A stretch of DNA of 64,000 nucleotides from an uncultured Gemmatimonadales bacterium (GCA_963806755.1 CAWDZR010000016.1:153948-217947), one strand, 5' to 3'. Shown: positions 10,377 through 19,160, counted from the stretch's first letter. Numbers and translations: made by a program. The notes: generated by a model from the sequence alone, not told the origin.

Positions 10377-11504
10377 TCAGTACTTCAGCCCCGCGGAATC
10401 GGCGAAGCTCTTGATCAGCGCCTCCTGCTCCGGCGAGAGCTTGGCCGGCAGGTCCACCTGGATCTCGACCAGCTGGTCCCCGCGGGCGCCGCCCTTCTCG
10501 ATGCCCTGGCCCTTGATCCGGAACGTCCGGCCCGCCTGCGTGCCGGCCGGGATCCGGAGCACCACGTGCTTCCCATCGAGCGTGCGCACCTTGAGCCTCG
10601 TGCCCAGGATCGCCTGGGCGACGTTGATCGGCACGGTGCAGCGCACGTCGAGACCGTCGCGGGAGAAGAAGTGGTCCGGCTCGACCTGGAACGCCACCAT
10701 CAGGTCGCCGGCCGCCGCGCCGCCGGTCCCCCGCGGCCCCTGCTCCTTCAAGCGGATCTTGGTGCCGTCGTCGGTCCCCGGCGGCACGTTGATCATCAGC
10801 CGCTTCTCGAGCCGGACCTCGCCGACGCCCTGGCAGGTGGGGCACTTCTGCGCCGCGACCTTGCCGCGGCCCCGGCAGGCGGGACACGGGCGCTTGACCG
10901 CGAAGCCGCCGTAGCCGAACGAGACGGTGCCGGTGCCCCGGCACTCCGCGCAGGTGCTGAGCGTCGAGCCGGGCGCGGCCCCCGTGCCGCCGCAGGTCCC
11001 GCACGCCTCGGTGACCAGGACCGAGACCGGGACCTTGCCGCCCAGCGCCGCGACGCGGAACGGAATGGAGACGACGGTCTCCACGCTCTCGCCGCGCTCG
11101 CTGCCGCCCTTGCGCTTGCCGCCCCCGCCGCCGCCCCCCCCGCCGAAGATCGAGGAGAACAGGTCACCGAGACCGCCCAGCCCGCCGAGGTCGCCCGGAT
11201 CGAACTCCTCGAAGCGGGTCCCGCCGCCGGGACGCGGCCTCGGACCCGCACCCGGGCTCCGCGTCCCCGCGCCCGAGAACGCCCCGTACTTCCGAAGCTG
11301 GTCGTATTGTCTGCGGCGCGCGGGATCGGCAAGAACGGCGTGCGCCTCCGAAATCTCCTTGAAGCGCTCGCCCGCGCTCTTGTCCCCGGGATTCGCGTCC
11401 GGGTGGTGCTTCTTCGCGAGCTTCCGGTAGGCGCGCTTGATCTGGTCGGGCGTGGCGTTCGCCGTCACGCCCAGGACGCCGTAGTAGTCCTTGTCCGCGG
11501 CCAT
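10377..11504 (-). CDS. dnaJ: Chaperone DnaJ (type I, with zinc-finger domain)
   Basis: J-domain (DYYGVLGV..AYRKLAKKHHPDANP), a G/F-rich linker, and four CxxCxGxG motifs (CGTCGGTG, CAECRGTG, CPACRGRG, CPTCQGVG). Confidence 0.9.
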   Translation of the reverse strand: MAADKDYYGVLGVTANATPDQIKRAYRKLAKKHHPDANPGDKSAGERFKEISEAHAVLADPARRRQYDQLRKYGAFSGAGTRSPGAGPRPRPGGGTRFEEFDPGDLGGLGGLGDLFSSIFGGGGGGGGGKRKGGSERGESVETVVSIPFRVAALGGKVPVSVLVTEACGTCGGTGAAPGSTLSTCAECRGTGTVSFGYGGFAVKRPCPACRGRGKVAAQKCPTCQGVGEVRLEKRLMINVPPGTDDGTKIRLKEQGPRGTGGAAAGDLMVAFQVEPDHFFSRDGLDVRCTVPINVAQAILGTRLKVRTLDGKHVVLRIPAGTQAGRTFRIKGQGIEKGGARGDQLVEIQVDLPAKLSPEQEALIKSFADSAGLKY

Positions 11505-11507
11505 CGG

Positions 11508-12182
11508 CTACTCGGGCGAGCCGGCGGCGGGCTCGGTCCAGGTGAGGACCGACACGCGCGCGGGCCTGAGCAGGACGCCGTTCAGACGGTACCCGGGCTG
11601 GAACACCGAGCCCACCAGGTGGTCGGCCTCGGGCGACTGGGCCGGCGCCGTCATCACCGCCTCGTGCAGGTTGGGATCGAAGGGCTGGCCCGCCGGGTCC
11701 ACCCGCTCCAGGCCGACGCCTTCGAGGGCCTTGAGCAGCTTCCGCTCGACCAGCCCCGCGCCCTCGTGCAGTGCCTGCGCGCTGGTCTGCCCCGGGTCCA
11801 GCGCGGCGATGCGGCCCAGGTCGTCGAGCGCGTCGAGCGCCTTGCCGATCAGGTCCGCCTGCGCGCGGCCCCAGGTCTCCGCGCGCTCCCTGGCCGCGCG
11901 CTTCTTGAGGTTCTCGAACTCGGCCGCCGCGCGGAGCGCCCGGTCCTTCCAGTCCGCAGCCTCCTGCTCCAGCCGGCGCCGCGCCTCCCCGGCGGGCTCC
12001 GCCAGCGCGGCGCCGGCCGCCGCCCCCGCGTCCTGCGCGCCGCCCAGGTCGGGGCTCACGCGCTCTCCGTCCGCCAGCGTCTCGGCCGGGGGAGCCATGT
12101 CACCACCCTGAGGCACGGACGCCCCGGGAGGAGGGGCCGGGGTGTGGTGCGCTGCGTGCTGTGAATGGGGCTTCCTGCCCAT
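11508..12182 (-). CDS. grpE: Nucleotide exchange factor GrpE
   Basis: This is the C-terminal 224 aa of track ORF 11508..12470, starting at ATG 12182. Supporting motifs: ..RALRAAAEFENLKKRAARE.. and ..FDPNLHEAV..GYRLNGVLLRPARV. dnaJ starts 4 nt after its stop codon. Confidence 0.85.
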   Translation of the reverse strand: MGRKPHSQHAAHHTPAPPPGASVPQGGDMAPPAETLADGERVSPDLGGAQDAGAAAGAALAEPAGEARRRLEQEAADWKDRALRAAAEFENLKKRAARERAETWGRAQADLIGKALDALDDLGRIAALDPGQTSAQALHEGAGLVERKLLKALEGVGLERVDPAGQPFDPNLHEAVMTAPAQSPEADHLVGSVFQPGYRLNGVLLRPARVSVLTWTEPAAGSPE

Positions 12183-12235
12183 GTCGCCTCGACGATGGAT
12201 CGTGCGTAAGTTGGCCTTGAACGATAACCCTATCC

Positions 12236-12315
12236 GGTTGCGACACGCCAAGTTGTACGGCGCGGAACCGCACTGATGCAAGCATGGGGCCACTCGACGG
12301 GCGCCAACTTGGCAG
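12236..12315. repeat. Degenerate copy of the AGTTGCGAG-type inverted-repeat element (see 25442..25938)
   Basis: ggttgcgacacgccaagttgtacgg (12236-12260) resembles agttgcgagacgccaagttgcgag at 25443. A partial inverted partner, gcgccaacttggc, lies at 12301-12313. Confidence 0.35.
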
Positions 12316-12426
12316 GGCGCGCGCAGCCTCGAATCGCCGGCCGCCGCGTCGGGCGTCGGCTCCCGGGCCAACCCTCCGTCCAGGAGACGCCACCAACATA
12401 CGGGCCATGAGACGCCGTCAACCGAT

Positions 12427-13008
12427 GTGCCGCCCGTGCCGGTGACCGCCGGCGCCGCCCTCGATCCCACCCGGCCCGACCGGGAGCTGGCGGAGCTGGT
12501 GCTCGCCGGGGACGAGACCGCGTTCCGCGATCTCTACCGCCGGCATACGCCCCGGCTCCTCCAGCTCGCGCTGCGCCTGCTCGGGGGCGAGGCGTCCGAC
12601 GCCGAGGACGTGGTCCAGGAAACCTGGATCCGGGCGACGGAGAAGCTCGACGCGTTCCGCTGGGAGTCGGCCTTCGGGACCTGGCTCCACTCCATCGGCG
12701 TCAACGTGGCGCGGGAGGCGGCGCGGAAGCGAGGCCGGCGGCACGAGGTGGCATGGCCGGACGACGCCGATCCTCCCGCGGCGGAACCGCAGGACCACGT
12801 GGAGCCGCTGGATCTCGAGCGGGCCATCGCCGCGTTGCCCGCCGGTTACCGGACCGTGCTCGTGCTCCACGACGTCGAGGGGTACACGCACGAGGCCATC
12901 GCCGGCCAGCTCGGCGTGACGCCCGGCACCACCAAGTCGCAGCTCTTCTGGGCGCGGCGCGCGGTCCGCGCGCTGCTCGCCCCGCAGACGAAAGGCGGGA
13001 TCCGATGA
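12427..13008 (+). CDS. ECF-type RNA polymerase sigma factor
   Basis: Region 2 (..FRDLYRRHTPRLLQLALRLLG..DAEDVVQETWIRA..) and region 4 (..LPAGYRTVLVLHDVEGYTHEAIAGQLGVTPGTTKSQLFWARRAV). GTG start. Confidence 0.85.
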   Translation: MPPVPVTAGAALDPTRPDRELAELVLAGDETAFRDLYRRHTPRLLQLALRLLGGEASDAEDVVQETWIRATEKLDAFRWESAFGTWLHSIGVNVAREAARKRGRRHEVAWPDDADPPAAEPQDHVEPLDLERAIAALPAGYRTVLVLHDVEGYTHEAIAGQLGVTPGTTKSQLFWARRAVRALLAPQTKGGIR

Positions 13009-13565
13009 CCGATCACGACGAACTGACGCCCGCCGAACGACGCGCCTTCGAGCAACTGCCGCGCGAGCAGGCGCCGCGCGCGGCCCTCGAGGAGCGGGTC
13101 GTCGGCGCCCTGCGGCGCCGCGGGCTGCTGCCGATCCCCCTCGCCGCCGAGGCGCCGCGCCGCCGGCTCGCGCCGTGGCTCGTGGGCGCGGTGGCGGCGT
13201 CGCTCGCCCTGTTCGCGGGCGGGTTCGCGGCCGGGCAGTACTTCGGCGCCCGGAGCGGCGCGGCCGCGGCGATCTCGGGCGCGCAGGCAGCGGGCTCCGC
13301 GACGCAGGTGGCGGCGCACGTGGAGCGGGCCGGCGCCCTGTACGTGGCGGCGCTGGTCGCTCTCAACCAGATGGACGATTCGGCCGACGCGCCGACCCGG
13401 GCCAAGGCGCGCCAAGTCGCGCTCACCGCGCTCGGCGCGGCGGCGACGGAAGTGGCACACCTGGCACCCAACGATCCGCTCGCGGCTGCGGTGCTGAGGG
13501 GCATGACCGAGCGGGAAGATGAGCAGCGGCCGGCGCCGTCCACCCGGTCCGTGGTGTGGTTCTGA
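13005..13565 (+). CDS. Putative anti-sigma factor (single-pass membrane protein)
   Basis: Lies in the frame of track ORF 12753..13565. ATG 13005 overlaps the sigma factor stop codon (ATGA). One TM segment (PWLVGAVAASLALFAGGFAAGQYF). There is no zf-HC2 motif, so the call rests on position and topology only. Confidence 0.5.
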   Translation: MTDHDELTPAERRAFEQLPREQAPRAALEERVVGALRRRGLLPIPLAAEAPRRRLAPWLVGAVAASLALFAGGFAAGQYFGARSGAAAAISGAQAAGSATQVAAHVERAGALYVAALVALNQMDDSADAPTRAKARQVALTALGAAATEVAHLAPNDPLAAAVLRGMTEREDEQRPAPSTRSVVWF

Positions 13566-13582
13566 CCCAGGGAGGATGGAGC

Positions 13583-14191
13583 ATGTTGCGTTACATCATC
13601 GCGTTGGGCGCGCTGGCGGCCGTCACGGCTCCGGCCGCGGCCCAGGTGGACTCGAGCCGAGCCGGCAGCGCCACCATCAGCCGCAGCGTCCCGCGGCTCA
13701 CCTACAGCATCACGTCACGCGAGGGCTGGCTGGGCATCGGCGTGGCGTGCAGCCAGTGCAGCCTCACGGCGAGCGACGACGGGGAGGCTCGCCGGTGGAC
13801 GTTCTCGGCGCCCCCGACGGTCTTCACCGTGGACCGGGACGGCCCCGCAGACCGCGCGGGCCTGAGGACCGGCGACACGCTCATCGCGATCGACGGCGTG
13901 CCCCTCACGTCGTCCCGGGGCGGCACCGCGTTCGCCAACATCCGTCCGGGGCAGGCGGTGAGATTGACCTACCGGCGTCTTTCCGAGGAGCGGGAGGTGG
14001 GTCTCGTGGCGCAGTCGCATCCCGTCAGCTACCAGGTCGGGGCGGCGATGCGGGCCGTGCGGCGCGCGCAGGAGTTGCAGCAGCAGACCCTCGAGTCGTC
14101 GCGCGAGCAGTTGGAGCGCTCGCGCGCCACGCTCGACCAGGTCCGGGAGCAGATGCGGCAACAGCTCGAGGCAGGCGCAGAGTCAGCGTGA
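13583..14191 (+). CDS. Secreted PDZ domain protein with C-terminal coiled coil
   Basis: ATG 13583 follows GGAGGA (13571-13576). Signal peptide MLRYIIALGALAAVTAPAAAQ. PDZ-like segment: GWLGIG..V..DGPADRAGLRTGDTLIAIDGVPL.. Q/E/R-rich tail. Confidence 0.65.
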   Translation: MLRYIIALGALAAVTAPAAAQVDSSRAGSATISRSVPRLTYSITSREGWLGIGVACSQCSLTASDDGEARRWTFSAPPTVFTVDRDGPADRAGLRTGDTLIAIDGVPLTSSRGGTAFANIRPGQAVRLTYRRLSEEREVGLVAQSHPVSYQVGAAMRAVRRAQELQQQTLESSREQLERSRATLDQVREQMRQQLEAGAESA

Positions 14192-14201
14192 CTCGGCCAC
14201 G

Positions 14202-14672
14202 GTGGACCAGGTTCAGCGGCTGCAGCGCGTGCTCGAGGAACAGCAGCGCGTGCTCGCCCGGACGCTGGCCGAGCGCGCGACGCTGGAGTCACGCGAGTGG
14301 CAGGAGCCCCCGCCGGTCGCGGCGATGCCGCCGACGCCGGCAGCCGCGCCCGCCGCGCCCGGTGAGCCGGCGGAGCCGGCCCCGGCCGCAGTGCCGGCCC
14401 AGCCTGCGATGCCGGCCGCGCCCGCCATCGCGGCGATGCCCCCGATGAGCTACCGCGAGCACCGCCGCTTCGGGCCGCTGCGCTACACCGGCCGCCTCGG
14501 CGACGTCGTCATCGAGGCGCGCGGTCCCGGCGAGGTGACGGCGACGGAAGTGTCGGACAGCGAGGTGGTGGTGACCTCGGGCGACCTCAGCGTGCGGCTG
14601 GCCCTGCGGCCACGGACGCCCCCTCCGGCCCCGGCGCGCGCGCCCCGGCCCGCGCGCCCGCCGCAGCCCTAG
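14202..14672 (+). CDS. Hypothetical Pro/Ala-rich protein (possibly the displaced C-terminus of the PDZ protein)
   Basis: GTG-start ORF beginning 10 nt after the previous stop codon. It continues the same coiled-coil style (VDQVQRLQRVLEEQQRVLA). Its TAG overlaps the stop codon of the convergent gene (CTAG at 14669-14672). Confidence 0.4.
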   Translation: MDQVQRLQRVLEEQQRVLARTLAERATLESREWQEPPPVAAMPPTPAAAPAAPGEPAEPAPAAVPAQPAMPAAPAIAAMPPMSYREHRRFGPLRYTGRLGDVVIEARGPGEVTATEVSDSEVVVTSGDLSVRLALRPRTPPPAPARAPRPARPPQP

Positions 14673-15553
14673 GCGGCGGCCGGCGCCGGCGCGTCGCGCG
14701 CGACCACGATCAACCCGAGCATGCCGAGGTCGCAGAACAGCAGCGGCGCGAGGACCGGGGCGAAGACGAGGATCCGCTCGAGGCTGAGCTGCCCGGTCTC
14801 CGCCAGGTCGCCCGAGAGGTGGAATGCGAAGCCCATGACGCCGACCACGAACGCGGCCACCATGGTCCACACGTAGGTGAGCTCGTCGGCGCGCGACCAC
14901 GTCCGGCTCACGGCGAGCGTGAGCACGACGCTGGTCGCGAACAGCCCGTACGCGATCGGGATGAGCTTGTAGAGACCGTACCCGTACTGCCCGTGGTCGA
15001 TGATCGACGTCAGCGCGCTGGCCCCGAAGCCGAGGCCCACCAGCCACAGGAAGTGCCGCTCCCGCGAGATCGGCGCCTTGAACGTTCCCAGGCCCGGGAC
15101 CTCCAGCAGCCCGGGCTGGCCCTCCACCTCGTGGACGGCGGCGACCAGCCCGACCAGCGAGATCCCGGCGAAGGCGAGCGGCGCCAGGATCGGCGACGCG
15201 AAGGTGAGCCAGATCCACGTGAGGCGCCCCAGCGGATTCAGGGCTTCGTTGGCGTGGAACGCCGTCCCCAGCACGCCGACGCCGACGCCGGCCAGCATCA
15301 GCGCCACGTGGGCGAGGCCCACGACCCGGCCCGGCCGCGGCCGCACGGCGGCGAGGAAGCTCGAGGCCGCGGCCAGCGGCGCGAAGAAGATCGGGATCAA
15401 CTCGTACGTCGGGTGGAAGTCGTTCACGGCATGGGCCAGCGCGACGTCCAGGCCGGTGAACAGGAAGTTCACGCCCACGAGGATCAACAGCAGCCGGTGC
15501 TTCTCGATCGGCAGCTTCACGCGCGCCAGGTGGAACACGGTCAATTCGCTCAC
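14669..15553 (-). CDS. Polytopic membrane protein (about 8 hydrophobic segments, His-bearing), partner of the octahaem cytochrome
   Basis: This is the C-terminal 294 aa of track ORF 14669..16687. GTG 15553 overlaps the cytochrome stop codon (GTGA). Hydrophobic helices contain AHAVNDFH, FHANE, VHEVEG, IIDHGQ and FAFHLSG. I recognise no family. Confidence 0.7.
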   Translation of the reverse strand: MSELTVFHLARVKLPIEKHRLLLILVGVNFLFTGLDVALAHAVNDFHPTYELIPIFFAPLAAASSFLAAVRPRPGRVVGLAHVALMLAGVGVGVLGTAFHANEALNPLGRLTWIWLTFASPILAPLAFAGISLVGLVAAVHEVEGQPGLLEVPGLGTFKAPISRERHFLWLVGLGFGASALTSIIDHGQYGYGLYKLIPIAYGLFATSVVLTLAVSRTWSRADELTYVWTMVAAFVVGVMGFAFHLSGDLAETGQLSLERILVFAPVLAPLLFCDLGMLGLIVVARDAPAPAAA

Positions 15554-16857
15554 GGCCGTGCCCTCCCGCCGCGGCGCGAGCGCAGCGCGGCGGCGTCCTC
15601 TTCGACCCTGGTGAGTTGCTCGAGGAGCGGGTACACGCCGTGCCATTGCACGAAGTCGGGACCCTGCATGTAGGCCGCGAACTTCGCCGTCCGCCCGTAG
15701 TAATGCCACAGGTCGAAGGCGTCGAAGCTGATCCCGGTCGCGAACGGCTTCGCGGTGATGACGCGGTCGCGAATCAGCCCGCTCAGGAGGTCGGACGCCT
15801 GCTGCACGTGCGCGTTGACGAACGCGGTGACGCTGTCGGCCCGCCGGTACGCCGCCGCGACGAGCGGCTGCGCGTGGCAGTTCTCGCACACCTGCTGCAT
15901 CGCCAGCCGGTGCTGGCCCGCGTCCGGCCGGTCGGTCGAGAGCGCCGCGAACAGGAACTTCGACAGCCGGGTGCCCACCTCGTGCGTGGTGCCCTGGCCG
16001 CCGAAGCCGCTCATGTGGCAGGTCGCGCAGGTGGGCGCCGGCATGTCGAGCGTGGTCAGCCGCCCGGCGGGCTGCGACCAGTTCCAGGTCGCTCCCTCGG
16101 TGGCGTACATGACGCCGTGGGCGGACTCGCGGTAGATCTCGTCCTGCGGGTGGTCCGGGCCGAGGTGGCACTGGCCGCACACCTCGGGCTTGCGCACCTG
16201 CGCGAGCGAGAACTCGTGGCGCAGGTGGCAGGTGGTGCAATTGCCGATGCTCCCGTCCGCGTTCGGCCTGCCGATGGCGTGGCAGCTCTGGCACGCCGCG
16301 GGGGTGACGGTCGGGCCCTCCAGGTCGAAGATCGCGTTGCGCGTCGCCGTCGGGATGCCGTTCGGCCCCCGCGTCAGCTCGGCGATCTGCTCCGTCTGCG
16401 CGCGCTGCGCCGGGCTGAAGTCGCTCCATCCCGTGAGCGCCATCCACGCCGGACCCGCGTGCCGGCTGTGCGCGAACTCCGCCGCCTCGCGGACGTGGCA
16501 GCGCCCGCACTGCTGCGGCGTGGGCGCCGACGTGATGAAGAAGCCCTCGTGCTCGTGGCCCCCGCCCGGCGCATCGCCCCGGGGCAGGACGTGGCAGTCC
16601 TCGCAGGTGACGCCCGCCCGCGCCATCGCGCCGGCCGCGAACTGGTGGACGATGTCGGGGGACACGCGCTGGTGGCAGGTGGCGCACTTGTCGCCGCCGG
16701 TGTAGGCGACCGAGCCGGTGCCGAGGCGGGACCCGGCGGACTGCAGCGTGGCGGTCTCGGCGCCGCCGGGCAGGCGGGTGAAGAGGTACAGCGCGGCAAG
16801 ACCGACGACGGTGACCGTCGCTCCGACGACCAGCGACTTGGGAATCTCGCGCGGCAC
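15550..16857 (-). CDS. Octahaem c-type cytochrome, hydroxylamine oxidoreductase (HAO)-family-like, membrane-anchored or secreted
   Basis: This is the C-terminal 435 aa of track ORF 15550..18114. GTG 16857 lies 6 nt after GAAAGGAA. N-terminal hydrophobic anchor: SLVVGATVTVVGLAALYLF. Eight CxxCH motifs: CATCH, CEDCH, CGRCH, CQSCH, CTTCH, CGQCH, CATCH, CENCH. Also GPDHPQDEIYRESAHG and DLWHYYGR. Confidence 0.85.
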   Translation of the reverse strand: MPREIPKSLVVGATVTVVGLAALYLFTRLPGGAETATLQSAGSRLGTGSVAYTGGDKCATCHQRVSPDIVHQFAAGAMARAGVTCEDCHVLPRGDAPGGGHEHEGFFITSAPTPQQCGRCHVREAAEFAHSRHAGPAWMALTGWSDFSPAQRAQTEQIAELTRGPNGIPTATRNAIFDLEGPTVTPAACQSCHAIGRPNADGSIGNCTTCHLRHEFSLAQVRKPEVCGQCHLGPDHPQDEIYRESAHGVMYATEGATWNWSQPAGRLTTLDMPAPTCATCHMSGFGGQGTTHEVGTRLSKFLFAALSTDRPDAGQHRLAMQQVCENCHAQPLVAAAYRRADSVTAFVNAHVQQASDLLSGLIRDRVITAKPFATGISFDAFDLWHYYGRTAKFAAYMQGPDFVQWHGVYPLLEQLTRVEEDAAALRSRRGGRARP

Positions 16858-16904
16858 GGCCCGTTCCTTTCGCGATGCGCCGCGACCGGTACCCGCGGCC
16901 GCGG

Positions 16905-18281
16905 CTACGCCAGCATGCCTCCGAGCGGCGCCAGGCGCGCCGTGAAGTGCGGCAGCACCGGCGCCCGCGTCACGATCCTGAGCCCGCGGATCGTGTCGCG
17001 GCAGGCCAGGAGCCGGGCGCACACCTCCACCACGTGGTCCAGGTGGGCGTCGGTGTACACGCGCCGCGGCACGGCGAGGCGCACCAGCTCCAGCTCCGGC
17101 CAGCTCCACGCGCCCGTCGCCTCGTCGGGCGTCCCGAACATCAGCCCGCCGATCTCGACGCCGCGGACCCCGCCCTCGAGGAAAAGCGCGCAGGTCAGCG
17201 CCTGGGCCGGAAACTCCGGCTGCGGAATGTGCGGGAGGAACCGCTTCGCGTCGAGATACACGGCGTGGCCGCCCACGGGCACCAGGATCGGCACCCCGGC
17301 CGCCTGCAGCCGCTCGCCGAAGCGCCGCACCTGCCCCACCCGGTGCTCGAGGTAGCGCACGTCGAGCACCTCCTCCAGGCCGAGGGCGATGGCCTCCAGG
17401 TCGCGCCCCGCGAGGCCGCCGTAGGTCGTGAAGCCCTCGATCAGGATCAGCATGTTGGAGAGGTGGGTGGCCAGGGCGTCGTCGTTGGTGGCGATGAATC
17501 CGCCGATGTTGACCAGCCCGTCCTTCTTGGCCGACATCGTGCACCCGTCGCCCAGGGTGAAGAAGGCCCGGGCGATCTCCTCGATGCTCATCCCCGCGCA
17601 CTCCGCCTCGCGCGTCTTGCAAAAGTAGGCGTTCTCGGCGAACCGGCAGGCGTCGAAGAACAGCGGAATGCCGTGGTCGCGGCACCACCGGCTCGTCGCG
17701 CGGGCGCTGGCGAGCGAGACCGGCTGCCCGCCGCCGGAGTTGTTCGTCACGGTGAGCATCACCACGGGAATGCGCTCGCGGCCCACCTCGGCGAACAGGC
17801 GGTCGAGCTTGGCGACGTCCATGTTCCCCTTGAACGGGAACTCGTTCGTGGGGTCGTACGCCTCGTCCACCACGCAGTCCACGGCGACGCCGAGGTTGTG
17901 CTCGACGTTCGCCCGGGTCGTGTCGAAGTGGATGTTGTTGGGCACGCGGTCGCCGGGCTTGACGACCGTGGTGAACAGGAGGTTCTCCGCGACGCGCCCC
18001 TGGTGGGTCGGGATCACGTGCCGGAACGTGGTGATCCGCCGGACCACGCTCTCGAGATGGAAGTAGTTCCGGCTGCCCGCGTACGACTCGTCGCCGAGCA
18101 TCATGCCGGACCACTGCCGGTCGCTCATCGCCGACGTGCCGGAATCCGTCAGCAGGTCGATGGTGATGAGCGCCGCCGGGACGTTGAAGAGGTTGTACCC
18201 CGCCTCGGCGAGCGCCGCCGCCCGCTGCGGGCGGGTGGTGAACGCGATCGGCTCGACGACCTTGATCTTGTAGGGTTCCAT
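16905..18281 (-). CDS. Tryptophanase / tyrosine phenol-lyase family PLP beta-eliminating lyase
   Basis: MEPYKIKVVEP..LLTDSGTSAMSD.QW..GDESYAGS.NY..., with the PLP-lysine motif SAKKDGLVNIGG. 458 aa. Confidence 0.9.
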   Translation of the reverse strand: MEPYKIKVVEPIAFTTRPQRAAALAEAGYNLFNVPAALITIDLLTDSGTSAMSDRQWSGMMLGDESYAGSRNYFHLESVVRRITTFRHVIPTHQGRVAENLLFTTVVKPGDRVPNNIHFDTTRANVEHNLGVAVDCVVDEAYDPTNEFPFKGNMDVAKLDRLFAEVGRERIPVVMLTVTNNSGGGQPVSLASARATSRWCRDHGIPLFFDACRFAENAYFCKTREAECAGMSIEEIARAFFTLGDGCTMSAKKDGLVNIGGFIATNDDALATHLSNMLILIEGFTTYGGLAGRDLEAIALGLEEVLDVRYLEHRVGQVRRFGERLQAAGVPILVPVGGHAVYLDAKRFLPHIPQPEFPAQALTCALFLEGGVRGVEIGGLMFGTPDEATGAWSWPELELVRLAVPRRVYTDAHLDHVVEVCARLLACRDTIRGLRIVTRAPVLPHFTARLAPLGGMLA

Positions 18282-18285
18282 GGTC

Positions 18286-19158
18286 TCAGGTGGTGGTGGG
18301 GCGGAGCCGCGCGGGCGCCGCCGCCTGGAGGATGCGCTCGAGCCACGGCTCGAGATCGCGGTACGCCATCGCGCGGTCCTTCTCGTTCAGGACCTCGTGA
18401 TAGAAGCCGTCGTAAACGCGCACCGTCACGTCGCCCCGGAGCCCGCGCGCGAAGGCCTCCGAGGCCGGCCGGGAGACGATACGGTCGTCGCCGCCGAGGA
18501 GGAAGAGCAGCGGGACCGCGATCCGGTCCCCTTCGGCCAGCACGGCCGCCTGGGCGGCCAGCACCTCGCGATACGCGCGCGGCGTCATGACCCGGTGGTA
18601 GAGGGGGTCGCTGAGCGCCGCCTGGCCGACGGCCGGGTCCGTGGACAGGTGGGCCGCGTCGAGGCCGGTCGCGACGGGCAGCGCCGGCAGGATCTCGCCC
18701 AGCGCCCGCGCCAGCACCCGCTTCCACCGCGGCACCGGCATGGCCACCGCGAGGAACGGACTCACCAGGATGCCGCCCGCCAGGCCCTCCGGCCCCGTCT
18801 CCAGGTAGCGCAGCGCCACGCAGCCGCCGAAGGAATGGCCGAGGATGACCTGCGGGCCCGGGACCTCCCCGCCGGCGAGCTTGCGCAGCGCCGCGACGTC
18901 CGAGAGGAACTGCGCGAAGCGCGACATGTGGCCGCGCCGGCCCGGGGACCGGCCGTGCCCCCGCTGGTCCAGCGCGTACACCGCGAGGCCCCGCCGGCTG
19001 AACCACTCGGCCGCTTCGACGTAGCGGCCGCTGTGGTCGCCGAAGCCGTGCAGCAGGATCAACGCCCCCCGGGACGGAGTGGCGGGCTGGGCCCGGCGCA
19101 AGGCGAGCCTGGCGCCGTCCGCGGCCGTCCAGAACTCGACCTCGCCGAAGCCCGCCAT
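18286..19158 (-). CDS. Alpha/beta hydrolase (lysophospholipase / monoacylglycerol lipase-like)
   Basis: This is the C-terminal 290 aa of track ORF 18286..19788, starting at ATG 19158. Supporting motifs: LLHGFGDHSGRY, the nucleophile elbow GHSFGG, and ..GGDDRIV..FYHEVLNE. Confidence 0.8.
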   Translation of the reverse strand: MAGFGEVEFWTAADGARLALRRAQPATPSRGALILLHGFGDHSGRYVEAAEWFSRRGLAVYALDQRGHGRSPGRRGHMSRFAQFLSDVAALRKLAGGEVPGPQVILGHSFGGCVALRYLETGPEGLAGGILVSPFLAVAMPVPRWKRVLARALGEILPALPVATGLDAAHLSTDPAVGQAALSDPLYHRVMTPRAYREVLAAQAAVLAEGDRIAVPLLFLLGGDDRIVSRPASEAFARGLRGDVTVRVYDGFYHEVLNEKDRAMAYRDLEPWLERILQAAAPARLRPTTT

Positions 19159-19160
19159 GC

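Noticed and set aside
12282-12312. Sigma-32-like heat-shock promoter upstream of grpE (minus strand: GTTGGC-N13-CCCCATGC)
   Set aside because: The CCCCAT -10 element is attractive, but the -35 matches only about 3 of 6 positions. The region also overlaps the degenerate inverted repeat. I cannot distinguish this from chance without transcription start data, so it is not listed as a feature.
12183-12426. CIRCE/HrcA operator or ECF-type GGAAC..CGTC promoter in the grpE/sigma spacer
   Set aside because: No TTAGCACTC-N9-GAGTGCTAA-like sequence is present. A GGAAC at 12266 lacks a convincing -10 partner at the right spacing.
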